A stretch of DNA of 64,000 bases from an uncultured Verrucomicrobiae bacterium (GTDB lineage Bacteria > Chlamydiota > Chlamydiia > Chlamydiales > Rhabdochlamydiaceae), in NCBI GenBank assembly GCA_963818965.1, contig CAWFUG010000009.1, forward strand, positions 64,001 to 128,000, read 5' to 3'. Under the pieces are notes generated by a model. That model made no database searches and was not told where the DNA came from. It was given only the letters and a program-made list of their open reading frames with translations. The position numbers and the translations under genes were made by a program. Shown here piece by piece: positions 38,544 to 48,424 of the stretch (positions are counted from its first letter, which is position 1; every line of letters begins with the position of its first letter).

Positions 38544-40127
38544 CTATTCTTGCTCAGGGGCGTTGCCGATTAGCGCCTCAGAGAGAATGACGACGCCAGC
38601 AGTAGAGGCTGCGTACCGCAGAGAGTTTTTGATCATCTTTGCGGGGTCGATGATACCTGCCAGCAAGAGATCTTCCACCTTTTCTGATACGGCATTGAAT
38701 CCGAAGGAAAGGCCTTTAGAGAGGACTTCATCCAAGATGACAAAAGCATCGAGACCTGTATTGAGGACGATCTGTTTCAGGGGCGCTTCACATGCCTTGA
38801 AGACGATCTCAGCACCGAGTGCCTCATCTCCCTTCAAATCGAGAGTGCAGTTTTTGCTTGCGCGTAAGAGTGCGACGCCGCCTCCGATGACGATCCCCTC
38901 TTCGATCGCAGCGCGCGTCGAATTGAGGCTATCTTCAAAGAGTTGCTTTTTCTGTTTGAGCTCAGGTTCTGTCGCAGCGCCGATGCGAAGGACGGCGACG
39001 CCTCCAGAGAGTTTCGCTTTCCGCTCATCGAGTTTTTCCTTATCATAAGGGCTCGTCGTGCGGGCGATTTCAGCTTCGATGTGAGCGACGCGCTCGTGGA
39101 TTTCTTTAGAACTTCCTCGGCCATTGACGATGGTCGTTTTGTCTTTAGTGATCTGGATTTTTTCAGCAGATCCTAAGGACTCTACAGTGGCATCTTTGAG
39201 AGAAAGGCCTCTTTCCTCAGAGATAACGACGGCTCCCGTCAAAATCGCGAGGTCTTCTAGGAGCGCTTTACGGCGATCGCCAAAGCCAGGCGATTTTACG
39301 GCGCAAACTTTGAGGGTTCCGCGTAGTCGGTTGACGACGAGAGTTGAGAGAGCATCCCCTTCGATCTCATCTGCGATGATGAGCAGTTCCGTCGCTGTCG
39401 AGGCGATGACTTGGAGGATGGGGAGGATCTCTTGGATAGAGGAGATCTTCTTATCTGTAATCAAGATTTTAGGGTTGTTCATCTCGACGCTTAACAGCTC
39501 TGCATTTGTGCAGAAATAGGCGCTGACGTACCCGCGATCGAACTGCATCCCTTCGACCATTTCGATGGAGGTCTCTGTGCTCTTTCCCTCTTCGATCGTA
39601 ATGACGCCCGCCTTACCGACTTTTGCAAGTGCATCAGCGATCAGCGAACCGATCTCCTCAGTTCCAGAAGCGGAGGCCACGGCGATATTGCGCACTTGGG
39701 TGTCACTTTCGATCGCAATCGCCATTTTTTCCAATTCGAGGATGATCGCATCGACCGCTTTATCCATTCCTCTCTTTAAACCAATCGGAGAAGAGCCTGA
39801 GGCGATGTTCTTAACCGCAGCTTTTACGAGCCCGCGCAAGATGACAATACTCGAAGTCGTCCCATCTCCACAATTTTCCTTCATCTTGCTCGCCGTCTCT
39901 TTTCCCAAAGCAACCCCCATATTCGCATATTGGTCTTTGAGTTCGACTTCTTTGGCGATGCTGTTGCCATCGTTTGTAATTCTGGGAGCACCCCAAGAGG
40001 CTTGCAGACCGACATTTTTGCCTTTAGGGCCGAGCGTCACGGAGACGACATCTGCCAGCATATCGATCCCTTCGCTCAACTTAGCGCGCGCTTCTTCTTC
40101 GAAAATGAGTTCTTTAGCTTGGGACAT
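38544..40127 (-). CDS. groEL: Chaperonin GroEL (secondary paralog)
   Basis: TLGPKG, GDGTT, EGMQFDRGY and PGFGDRRK motifs. It has no GGM tail and no adjacent groES. Confidence 0.93.
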   Translation of the reverse strand: MSQAKELIFEEEARAKLSEGIDMLADVVSVTLGPKGKNVGLQASWGAPRITNDGNSIAKEVELKDQYANMGVALGKETASKMKENCGDGTTSSIVILRGLVKAAVKNIASGSSPIGLKRGMDKAVDAIILELEKMAIAIESDTQVRNIAVASASGTEEIGSLIADALAKVGKAGVITIEEGKSTETSIEMVEGMQFDRGYVSAYFCTNAELLSVEMNNPKILITDKKISSIQEILPILQVIASTATELLIIADEIEGDALSTLVVNRLRGTLKVCAVKSPGFGDRRKALLEDLAILTGAVVISEERGLSLKDATVESLGSAEKIQITKDKTTIVNGRGSSKEIHERVAHIEAEIARTTSPYDKEKLDERKAKLSGGVAVLRIGAATEPELKQKKQLFEDSLNSTRAAIEEGIVIGGGVALLRASKNCTLDLKGDEALGAEIVFKACEAPLKQIVLNTGLDAFVILDEVLSKGLSFGFNAVSEKVEDLLLAGIIDPAKMIKNSLRYAASTAGVVILSEALIGNAPEQE

Positions 40128-40269
40128 GGCTTAAATCTCCTTAGGTATAGATTGATGTGTCCACGAGTATAGGAAAAATTGAGTTATCTCGCAATGGCTA
40201 TACCCTTAAGTGGGCGAAAAGGTAGAGGGTAAAAATTTTGCTTGGCCGAATAATGGTTTCAAGAAAGTT

Positions 40270-41088
40270 TTAAGCGTCATTTAAAAGTTTATTGTATACT
40301 TCTCGCTTAGGGAGGCCGACGATCTCTGCAGCGAGCTTGATGGCCTCTGTCTTGTGAAGGGAAAATTCATTTTGCAGGTAGGCGACGAATTCTTTTAACG
40401 GGAGGTCACTTGTCTCTTTTTCCTCTCCGCAACCAGAGATGAGAAGGACCATTTCTCCCCGGGCAGGATGGGTTTTAAAATGGGTAAGGAGCTCTGTCGC
40501 ATTGCCAAAAAGACACTCTTCATGCCGTTTGGTCAACTCGCGCGCCACGCAGAGCTTTCTTTGGGGAGCGAGCTCTTCTAGTCTTTCTAAAGTGTCAGAG
40601 ATTCGGTGGGGCGCCTCGTAGCTGACCGTGGTCCCTTTGTAGAGAAGGGCGTGGAGTAACGCGTGGCGCATGTCTTGGTGGGTCTTGGGCAAAAATCCTA
40701 AGAACTGAAAAGGGATGGGTGGAAATCCCGAAAGGGTGAGAGCCGTCACGAGAGCGCAAGCTCCGGGGATGGCAGAGACGGGGATCCCCCGTTCATGGCA
40801 GCGGGCGACGAGCGATTCTCCAGGGTCTGCGATGAGGGGAGTGCCGGCATCGGAGATCAGCGCGATCGTCTTTCCCATTTCGAGATCTTCGAGGATCCGC
40901 TCTTCGCTCGCTTGCTCTTTGAACTTATGAAAAGATTTAAGAGGGGTTTCGATCTGGTAATGATTGGTCAGGATACGGCTGTGCCGCGTGTCTTCGCAGA
41001 GGATGTAATCGCACCCCTTTAGGGTGCTGACCGCCCTAAACGTGAGATCTTCGAGATTTCCAATGGGTGTGGCGACGAGGTATAGCAC
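40270..41088 (-). CDS. rsmI: 16S rRNA (cytidine1402-2'-O)-methyltransferase
   Basis: LYLVATPIGNLED, CEDTR, SDAGTP and ARELTK motifs. GTG start downstream of the tRNA. Confidence 0.95.
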   Translation of the reverse strand: MLYLVATPIGNLEDLTFRAVSTLKGCDYILCEDTRHSRILTNHYQIETPLKSFHKFKEQASEERILEDLEMGKTIALISDAGTPLIADPGESLVARCHERGIPVSAIPGACALVTALTLSGFPPIPFQFLGFLPKTHQDMRHALLHALLYKGTTVSYEAPHRISDTLERLEELAPQRKLCVARELTKRHEECLFGNATELLTHFKTHPARGEMVLLISGCGEEKETSDLPLKEFVAYLQNEFSLHKTEAIKLAAEIVGLPKREVYNKLLNDA

Positions 41089-41119
41089 TTTTTTTGGACA
41101 TTTTTTTGGGGAACAAAAA

Positions 41120-41191
41120 AGGTGGCACCCAGATTCGAACTGGGGAATGGAAGCTTTGCAGGCTTCTGCCTTACCACTTGGCGATGCCACC
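41120..41191 (-). tRNA. tRNA-Cys(GCA)
   Basis: Minus strand reads GGTGGCATCGCCAAGTGGTAAGGCAGAAGC-CTGCAAA-GCTTC...GTTCGAATCTGGGTGCCACCT. Confidence 0.95.
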
Positions 41192-41274
41192 GAAAAGAAC
41201 CCAAAAATCGATTGAAATTTTTTACTGAGATGGGTTCAATAACCGTAAATTATGCGCGAGAGATGCAAAACTCG

Positions 41275-41946
41275 TCAATTGAATTCCGCTTTGCGGATCC
41301 ATTTTGTAGCAATCCACTTAGTCCCTTTGAGAACTGGAGCTCCTCCATGCAACGTCATAGGGTCTTCCACCCCTTCAGGGGTGCAATTATAAAATAAGAC
41401 GGCATTCCCTTTGACAGGCTGGACTTTGATCCCAGCTCTTGGAAAGACAGTCTCGCCGCCCTCTTCCGTATCGGCCAAATACATGATCATAGTGGCGATG
41501 CGCTGTCCACCCCGGTTGAAGCAGAGAGCACCACCCGGTGTACTGCGATCGAAGTAGTCGAAATGCGGCTTATACTCCTCTCCTATTCCATAATTTAACA
41601 CTTGAATCGCTTCTCCATTTTCTAGGGGGAGCATTGTGAATTCGGCGATTCTCTTCTCGATCTCGTGGAGAACGGGATCGTTCGATCTGGTTTGAAAGAA
41701 CATCCCCTTACTCGTGCGATCGGGGTTGACGACTCCATTCGCATCGCTCAAGGAAACGACCGTAGAGCGTTTCAACTCAGGCTTTGATTTCTCGATCAAA
41801 TAGTCGCACTCATAAGCCGAAAGAAAGTTCTCAACGAGAAAGACACGCGGAGCCCAGCTCAACACCTTCAGTTGTTGCGAAGAGTTCTCTGCGAAGACGA
41901 AAACGGGAAGCAAAAGGGCGAAGAGACAGGATAAAGCTCTAGACAT
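41275..41946 (-). CDS. Prolyl 4-hydroxylase-like 2OG-Fe(II) oxygenase with signal peptide
   Basis: LSWAPR, RTS, PHFDYF, GGQRIAT, EGGETVFP, LHGGAPV and KWIATKW motifs. AGGAGG SD before MSRALS. Confidence 0.88.
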   Translation of the reverse strand: MSRALSCLFALLLPVFVFAENSSQQLKVLSWAPRVFLVENFLSAYECDYLIEKSKPELKRSTVVSLSDANGVVNPDRTSKGMFFQTRSNDPVLHEIEKRIAEFTMLPLENGEAIQVLNYGIGEEYKPHFDYFDRSTPGGALCFNRGGQRIATMIMYLADTEEGGETVFPRAGIKVQPVKGNAVLFYNCTPEGVEDPMTLHGGAPVLKGTKWIATKWIRKAEFN

Positions 41947-41960
41947 ACAACACCTCCTAG

Positions 41961-42024
41961 TATACCCAAGTGGACTCAAAATTTGGCCGTAGGGCCGCGC
42001 CAAATTTTGAGTCCACTTGGGTAT
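41961..42024. mobile_element. Family C palindromic element
   Basis: atacccaagtggactcaaaatttggc / gccaaattttgagtccacttgggtat perfect inverted repeat. Confidence 0.85.
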
Positions 42025-42097
42025 GAAATAAAAAAACTTAAAACTTGCTCCTTTTTCTTTCAATGGGTATTTTTCTCATTTTCATAGGCGGGTAGGG

Positions 42098-43414
42098 ATG
42101 ACAGAACGTACTTTAAATCAACTCCTCGAAGGGAGATTTTCAGGATTTCAGGTCGATAGTAGACTGATCACTCCAGGAGATCTTTTTTTCGCCCTCAAGG
42201 GGGAAAAAGTAGATGGGCACGCATTCTTAGCTGCTATTAAGCAGAAAGGGGCTGCAGCAGCTGTCATCTCCAAAACTTACCGAGGGGAGCTCTACGGATT
42301 GAACTGCATCGCCGTAGACGATGTCTTAGCGACCCTCCAGAGCCTCGCTCAAAGAGTTCATGCGATCCGGTCTCCACGCGTAATCGCCGTAACGGGATCT
42401 GTAGGAAAGACCACGACCAAAGAGTTCATCGCGACGCTCTTGGAAAAAAAATACAAACTCGCCAAGACACCGGGAAACGCCAACTCCCAAACGGGCTTAC
42501 CTTTGAGCATACTCAATGCAAAAGGGGATGCAGAGCTCTGGGTTCTAGAAATGGGGATGAGCGAGCCGCAAGAGATCACACGCCTCATCGCAATAGCGCC
42601 CCCAGAAATCGCTCTTCTAACGCGGATTGCTTTGGCCCACGCGGAATCTTTTCCCGACGGACTCGAAGGGATCGCAGCTGCAAAAGCGGAAATCTTTTCC
42701 CACCCTCTTACGCGCCTAGGAATTTTGAGCGCTCAAGCCGCCTCCTATAAAGCGCCTCGGGAGAGGGGTGCCTTTCCCAAAATCTGCTATGCACTAGAAG
42801 AAGAGCACACCGACGCAGATGTCCTTCTTTTCAAAGAGGGACAATCCCTTCGCATCCGCGAAGAAGGAAAAGAGTCGCCACTTTTCACTCTGCCTTTTAT
42901 AGCCTCTCATCTCTCTGAAAATTTTCTGGGTGCCTCTATCGTCGCGCGCAAAATGGGAATGGAATGGGAAGAGATTTTCGAGCGGGCTAAAGAGTTGAAA
43001 CTGGAGAAGAACCGCTTCCAGTTCTTGGAAAAAAATGGGGTGATCTTCCTCAATGACTCCTACAACGCCAATCCCGCATCGATGCAAGCCGCGCTCTTCA
43101 ATCTCCCCACTCCCGCCAAAGGAGGAAGGAAGATCGGCGTTTTAGGCGCCATGAGGCCGCTCGGTACTTTCGCAGAGGAGAGCCACCGCCAACTCGGCAG
43201 CATGGCCCTCGAATGCGTCGATCATCTTCTCTGTCTGGGGGAAGAATGTGCCCCGATGATAGAGCTCTTCGAAAGGGCGGGACGCCCTGCAGAGCTCCAT
43301 GAGAGTGTAGAAGCCCTTAAAACACGCGTCCACGCCCTAGCGCTACCAGGGGATGTCGTCCTCATCAAGGGCTCCAATTCGAACCAGCTGTGGAAGATCC
43401 TCGAAGAGGTCTAG
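42098..43414 (+). CDS. murF: UDP-MurNAc-tripeptide--D-Ala-D-Ala ligase
   Basis: DSR, VTGSVGKTTTKE, LEMGMS, NDSYNANPASM and VLIKGS motifs. Confidence 0.95.
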   Translation: MTERTLNQLLEGRFSGFQVDSRLITPGDLFFALKGEKVDGHAFLAAIKQKGAAAAVISKTYRGELYGLNCIAVDDVLATLQSLAQRVHAIRSPRVIAVTGSVGKTTTKEFIATLLEKKYKLAKTPGNANSQTGLPLSILNAKGDAELWVLEMGMSEPQEITRLIAIAPPEIALLTRIALAHAESFPDGLEGIAAAKAEIFSHPLTRLGILSAQAASYKAPRERGAFPKICYALEEEHTDADVLLFKEGQSLRIREEGKESPLFTLPFIASHLSENFLGASIVARKMGMEWEEIFERAKELKLEKNRFQFLEKNGVIFLNDSYNANPASMQAALFNLPTPAKGGRKIGVLGAMRPLGTFAEESHRQLGSMALECVDHLLCLGEECAPMIELFERAGRPAELHESVEALKTRVHALALPGDVVLIKGSNSNQLWKILEEV

Positions 43415-44793
43415 GATCCAAATGACTCTCTCCATTTTGCCATATAAGCCAAAAGGAACCAGTACTTTATTTTGAGGTTTTCTGCGGCTGTGCGTTTCAA
43501 AGCATGCACTTCATACATTCCTTTGAGTCTTTCAGCAACGCCGGCAGGTAGCTTGTCATCCTCTATGCTAATTGCACATGAGGGGGCAAGTTCCAAGATT
43601 TCAGCAGGTACGGCTGTGAGTTGATGAAGGTAATAGAGCGTGAGCTCTGTCAATGCCGTTAAACGCCCCAGTTCAGTGGGTAGTGTGATAAAGCTGTTGT
43701 TTGAAAGGTCGAGCTCTCTCAATCCGGTTAAAGAGGTCATTTCAGTAGGGAGTACCGCGAGGTTGTTATCTGAGAGGTTGAGCTTTTGCAAGTCCGTTAA
43801 ACGCCCGATTTGGGTGGGTACGGCTGTGAATTTGTTTCCTGAGAGGTTAAGGGATTGCAATCCTGTTAGACACCCAATTTGGGTGGGTATTTCTGTGAAT
43901 TTATTTCCCCTGAGATTGAGCTGTTGTAATGCAGTTAAACACCCAATTTGAGTGGGTAGGATGAGTCCCTCATAGTGGAGATGAAATGTCTTCAATCTTT
44001 GGACGAGCGCGGAAATTTGAAATAAACGAGAGGGAAGTGGTGGAGGTGACTGGTGGGATGCATCCAAGCGTAAACGTAGTGTCTTTTCATTACGATCTTT
44101 TACGAATGTGTAAATGGCACGCTCGAATTGGTCACACTGTTCTCCTTTTTCCGGCCAGAGGGAGATGTCTTTGGACCAAGGCTTGAGAATAATGGGTAAT
44201 TTATCATCAGGGATGCAGTTAGGAGAGTAGGATTGAGCCGTTAATGCCTGCCCTCCGAAGTTATCCCTCTCTCGGGCTCCCCTGTGTTTTTGATCTCTTT
44301 GTGTGGGGACTTGAGGGCTCTGACTCTGTATTGCAAGGATTTTTAAGTTACATCTTTCTAAAATCCGATCGGGTTGTCGTTTCAGAGTCTCTTCTACTTT
44401 CGAGAAAAAACTCAATTTTTTGCGGATATTGAGATGTTGGATCTTTTGGGCGATCCTCTGTAGAGTGGCGATGTCTTCTGTAGTATTTGTTCGATAAAAT
44501 AGTTCTTCGAGCTTTGTGATATCTCGATCGATTTTTCTTTGCGCTCGTTCGATGGTGTCTTTGACTTTAGTCTCAACGCCGTAGAACTGTAATTGATCGA
44601 GCTCTTCGGGTGTGCTCTCTTGGGCGATTGTTCTCAATGTACGGCGGGCCAACTGATTGATTTCTTTGGCCATTGCATAAAAGGAGAGATCATCTTGAGG
44701 AAGGGCTGCCTGATCACAAAGCTCTTCCAAGTGTCTAAGGGCTGCAGCTCTTCTTTCTAGAGATTGAAAGGTATTTCTGAAACTAACAGACAT
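43411..44793 (-). CDS. Leucine-rich repeat protein (candidate effector)
   Basis: About five 23-aa repeats LPTQIGCLTALQQLNLRGNKFT, after a helical N-terminal region. Confidence 0.88.
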   Translation of the reverse strand: MSVSFRNTFQSLERRAAALRHLEELCDQAALPQDDLSFYAMAKEINQLARRTLRTIAQESTPEELDQLQFYGVETKVKDTIERAQRKIDRDITKLEELFYRTNTTEDIATLQRIAQKIQHLNIRKKLSFFSKVEETLKRQPDRILERCNLKILAIQSQSPQVPTQRDQKHRGARERDNFGGQALTAQSYSPNCIPDDKLPIILKPWSKDISLWPEKGEQCDQFERAIYTFVKDRNEKTLRLRLDASHQSPPPLPSRLFQISALVQRLKTFHLHYEGLILPTQIGCLTALQQLNLRGNKFTEIPTQIGCLTGLQSLNLSGNKFTAVPTQIGRLTDLQKLNLSDNNLAVLPTEMTSLTGLRELDLSNNSFITLPTELGRLTALTELTLYYLHQLTAVPAEILELAPSCAISIEDDKLPAGVAERLKGMYEVHALKRTAAENLKIKYWFLLAYMAKWRESFGS

Positions 44794-45120
44794 GAAAACC
44801 TGTTTTTATTGTATTTAAATATAAATAGATTGTACACAGATTCACGTTAAAAGTAAATTGCGCAATTAAGTTTTTAAATTACGCGTAATTTGTGGTCATT
44901 TTGAGGGTTAAAAAATTTAATTACAATTAGCTCTGGATCTCGCTTGAGTGTCGTTTGAGACCCAACGTAGGTTTTAGATTTTTTTGCGAAAAAAGCGATT
45001 TTTTGGTGTTGCAATTTTTAGCATCTCTGTAAGCTCAGGAGCAGTCTAGACTGTCTGTTTTGCATTCCTCTTTGGGAAAGATAAAACGGACGGCTCTGAA
45101 AAAAAACTCCACACATTCTT

Positions 45121-46326
45121 ATGATTTTGCTGATCAATCAACTCCTTTTTCGTCTGTTTGGGATGGCAGTCCCGACGGTTTTTACTTACTCATCGTCGCG
45201 GATGCTCTTGGCGGCGCTCACTGCTTTTTTGCTGACGCTTTTCTTGGGGCCGCGGGTGATCCGCAAGCTGTATCAGATGAAGACGGGGCAATCGAGGTGG
45301 GTCGAGCATTCTCCTCTTTTGGATCAGTTGCACGAGAAGAAAAAAGAGACGCCGACGATGGGGGGAATTCTCATCTTGTCTGCGATGCTCGTTTCGCTTT
45401 TGTTGTGGATGGATTTAAAGAGTTGCTTCACTCTCATTTTGGTCATTACTACGGTGTTTTTGGGATGTCTAGGAGGGATCGACGATTACCTCAAGTTAAA
45501 GCATAAAAATGCGAAAGGGCTGCGCGCAAAGCGTAAGTTTTTGTTGCAGAATGTGCTGGGATTTTGCGTGGCGCTCTATCTCTTCGTCCCTGCTTGTTCT
45601 GAATTCTTTCATGTGGGGGATTGGTTTGAGCCTCCTGTCGCTAAGGAGTATGTCGTTGGGGAGAAAAAAGAGAGCACACTCTCGATGCAGCAGTACATGG
45701 ATCGGTATTTTGTCCCTGGCTTTAAGGATCCTATCTTCATTTTGAAAGGAGCGGGAATTATCTTTGGGATTTTGGCAACGCTATTTATCATCACAGGGAC
45801 TTCCAATGCGGTTAATCTGACGGATGGGTTGGATGGTTTAGCGGCTGGGTGTGCGATGATGGTGGCGGGAGTATTGGCTCTTTTCGCTTTTTTATCGAAT
45901 AACAGTGAAATGGCGCGTTACTTGAATATTTTATACATCGAGCAGAGCGGAGAGATCGCGATTTATCTCTTTGCTCTGATCGGTGCGTGTCTGGGATTTC
46001 TCTGGTTCAACGGACCTCCGGCTCAAGTGTTCATGGGAGATACGGGGTCTTTGGCTCTCGGAGGCGTCTTGGGTGTTTCTGCTGTGCTGCTCCGCAGAGA
46101 AGTGTTACTCGGAGTCGTCGGGGGGATCTTCGTCGCAGAGACGCTCTCTGTGATCTTGCAAGTGGGCAGTTATAAGTTGCGCAATTGTAAGCGGATTTTC
46201 CTCTGCACCCCTTTGCACCACCATTTTGAATATAAGGGATGGCCAGAGACGAAGGTGGTCTTGCGTTTTTGGATCATCGGCTTGATTTTGGCAATTATCG
46301 GGATCGCTTCGTTGAAATTTCAGTGA
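45121..46326 (+). CDS. mraY: Phospho-MurNAc-pentapeptide transferase
   Basis: TPTMGG, DDY, SNAVNLTDGLDGL, VFMGDTGS and PLHHHFE motifs. Confidence 0.97.
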   Translation: MILLINQLLFRLFGMAVPTVFTYSSSRMLLAALTAFLLTLFLGPRVIRKLYQMKTGQSRWVEHSPLLDQLHEKKKETPTMGGILILSAMLVSLLLWMDLKSCFTLILVITTVFLGCLGGIDDYLKLKHKNAKGLRAKRKFLLQNVLGFCVALYLFVPACSEFFHVGDWFEPPVAKEYVVGEKKESTLSMQQYMDRYFVPGFKDPIFILKGAGIIFGILATLFIITGTSNAVNLTDGLDGLAAGCAMMVAGVLALFAFLSNNSEMARYLNILYIEQSGEIAIYLFALIGACLGFLWFNGPPAQVFMGDTGSLALGGVLGVSAVLLRREVLLGVVGGIFVAETLSVILQVGSYKLRNCKRIFLCTPLHHHFEYKGWPETKVVLRFWIIGLILAIIGIASLKFQ

Positions 46327-46331
46327 GAGTT

Positions 46332-47648
46332 ATGAAGACGTTTGTGTTAGGCCTTGGAGTGAGTGGAAAAGCGGCTGCAGAATTTTTGTTGCGACAAAAG
46401 AGGGCAGTGCTCGGCTGTGATGCTCAGTTGGAAGGGGTGGAGGATTTGAGAAAACAGGGGATGACGACCTGTTTGGATACAGAGGCTGTAAACTGGGCTG
46501 AGATCGAACAGTGCGTGGTCTCGCCGGGTATTTCGCCAAAACACCCTCTTTATGCTCAGGCACTCGAGCGGGGCATTCCTCTTATGGGGGAGATGGAGTT
46601 AGGGCTATCCCACCTAAAAGGGCCTCTTTTGGGCGTCACGGGCACGAACGGGAAGACGACGGTGACGCTTCTTATCGAGCATATCCTCAACGCCAATGGG
46701 ATTCGGGCTAAAGCGCTCGGGAATGTGGGAACCTCTGTGTGCGCTTATCTCAATGAGGCACGAGAAACACACGACGCTTACGTCATCGAATTGAGCTCTT
46801 ACCAACTCGAGACGCTTTCCTCAAAGGTGTTTGATGCGGCGGTTCTTCTCAATATCACGCCTGACCATCTCGATCGCTACGAGACAATGCGCGCTTACGC
46901 AGAAGCGAAGTGTAGATTAGCGCATTGTATGAAGGAAACAGAGAAACTGTTTGTCTATGAAAGGGTTTTAGCGGAGTGGAAAGATCTTCTCGCACCAGAG
47001 AGACTAGGCGTATTCGGCGAACGAGAAGGGCTCGATTTTTGGACGGATGGAGCGCGATTTTTTGGAAAGAATTCTAATGAATACTTATTGCCAGTCAGCT
47101 ATAGAGGAAAGGGGAAACATGAGATCGAAAATACTTTGGCAGCTTGGATCCTCTCTCGCTCTTTTTCGATCACTGACGAGGGGTTTTCTTCTGCCTTGCA
47201 GACATTTCAGAAGCCAGCGCATCGGATTGAATTTGTCAAAAAGGTGCGGGGAGTGTCTTATTTCGATGACAGTAAGGGAACGAACATCGATGCTGTGATC
47301 CGAGCAGTCGAAGCGATGCGGGGACAGGTGGTCTTGATCGCAGGAGGAGTGGATAAAGGTGCTTCCTATTTGCCTTGGAAGGAGCACTTCAAAGGCAAGG
47401 TCAAATCGATCGTAGCGATCGGTCAGGCAGCGCCGAAAATCGTAAGCGAGCTCAGTCCTTATTTTGAAATTAAACGGGCAGATTCGTTATCCTCATCGGT
47501 TCAGATCGCAAGCGCTCTTGCCATCGAGGGAGATTCTGTGCTTCTCTCTCCTGGGTGCTCGAGTTTTGATATGTTTTGCGATTATGCGCACCGGGGTAGG
47601 GAATTTCAAAAGTTGGTTGATACATTAGAGCAAGGGGAAAAATCATGA
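46332..47648 (+). CDS. murD: UDP-MurNAc-L-Ala--D-Glu ligase
   Basis: GLGVSG, VTGTNGKTT, ELSSYQL, DDSKGTN and LLSPGCSSFD motifs. Confidence 0.96.
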   Translation: MKTFVLGLGVSGKAAAEFLLRQKRAVLGCDAQLEGVEDLRKQGMTTCLDTEAVNWAEIEQCVVSPGISPKHPLYAQALERGIPLMGEMELGLSHLKGPLLGVTGTNGKTTVTLLIEHILNANGIRAKALGNVGTSVCAYLNEARETHDAYVIELSSYQLETLSSKVFDAAVLLNITPDHLDRYETMRAYAEAKCRLAHCMKETEKLFVYERVLAEWKDLLAPERLGVFGEREGLDFWTDGARFFGKNSNEYLLPVSYRGKGKHEIENTLAAWILSRSFSITDEGFSSALQTFQKPAHRIEFVKKVRGVSYFDDSKGTNIDAVIRAVEAMRGQVVLIAGGVDKGASYLPWKEHFKGKVKSIVAIGQAAPKIVSELSPYFEIKRADSLSSSVQIASALAIEGDSVLLSPGCSSFDMFCDYAHRGREFQKLVDTLEQGEKS

Positions 47649-48424
47649 GTCGAAGGGATACCATTATCGTCGCCGTCTTAGTCAATGCGGGATTACTGAT
47701 CGTCTTGTTCGCAAGCGCTCTTAAATCCACTATCGAGACTCCCGTGGTCTCAGTACCTGCCTCTACTTCTTTTGTAGAGCCGCAGCAGCAAGTCTTTGCT
47801 AAAAAAGAGACACCAGTCGCTCCATTTACCCAGGCCTCACCTGCTCCCTCGACTACTTTGGGAGACGAGGTAGACCACGCGCTGCAGCAGCACCTATACG
47901 CTTCTCAATCGACCCCAGCCATTCCTGCACCTGTCTCTGCTCAGAAGAGTTTTGCAGACGATTTGCGCTCTTTTTCTCTTGTAGATCCTTCATCAGTTGC
48001 CCCTGTACTTCATTCTGAGGCTCCAAAGCAAGAAGCGGTTGCAGAATTTATTGAGATCAAGGTCAAGCAAGGGGATGTCTTGGAAAAGCTCGCGCGGCAT
48101 AATCAGACGACTGTCGCTGAAATCATGCAGATCAATCACTTGAACAACACCAATTTGAAAATCGGACAGATCTTAAAAGTCGCCAATCCCGCCTTGAAAA
48201 AATCAGATATCATCTCTCAATCCCCCTCCCATGTGACAACAGTGACTCCAGAGGCGAAAAAGAATGAACCGGGTATCAAGTACTACACGGTTAAAAAAGG
48301 GGATAACCCGTGGACGATCGCTGTGAAAAATCACATGAAGGTGGAAGATTTACTCAAATTAAACAACCTCTCTGAAGACCAGGCGCGCCGGCTGAAACCG
48401 GGAGATCAATTGCGGATTCAATGA
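47645..48424 (+). CDS. LysM domain protein (chlamydial NlpD-like)
   Basis: N-terminal TM anchor and two LysM repeats (VKQGDVLEKLA, YTVKKGDNPWTIA). Confidence 0.88.
   Translation: MSRRDTIIVAVLVNAGLLIVLFASALKSTIETPVVSVPASTSFVEPQQQVFAKKETPVAPFTQASPAPSTTLGDEVDHALQQHLYASQSTPAIPAPVSAQKSFADDLRSFSLVDPSSVAPVLHSEAPKQEAVAEFIEIKVKQGDVLEKLARHNQTTVAEIMQINHLNNTNLKIGQILKVANPALKKSDIISQSPSHVTTVTPEAKKNEPGIKYYTVKKGDNPWTIAVKNHMKVEDLLKLNNLSEDQARRLKPGDQLRIQ

Noticed and set aside
38544..40127. groEL without groES or GGM tail as an anomaly
   Set aside because: Chlamydiae are known to carry extra stand-alone groEL paralogs.
40199..40231. tatacccttaag...agagggta as another element copy
   Set aside because: Only a short terminal match, with no interior similarity to families A-G.
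41089..41190. Long N-terminus of RsmI
   Set aside because: It overlaps tRNA-Cys. The family N-terminus begins at GTG 41088.
41947..42063. N-terminal extension of the P4H-like gene
   Set aside because: It runs through a family C element. A strong AGGAGG SD precedes the ATG at 41946.
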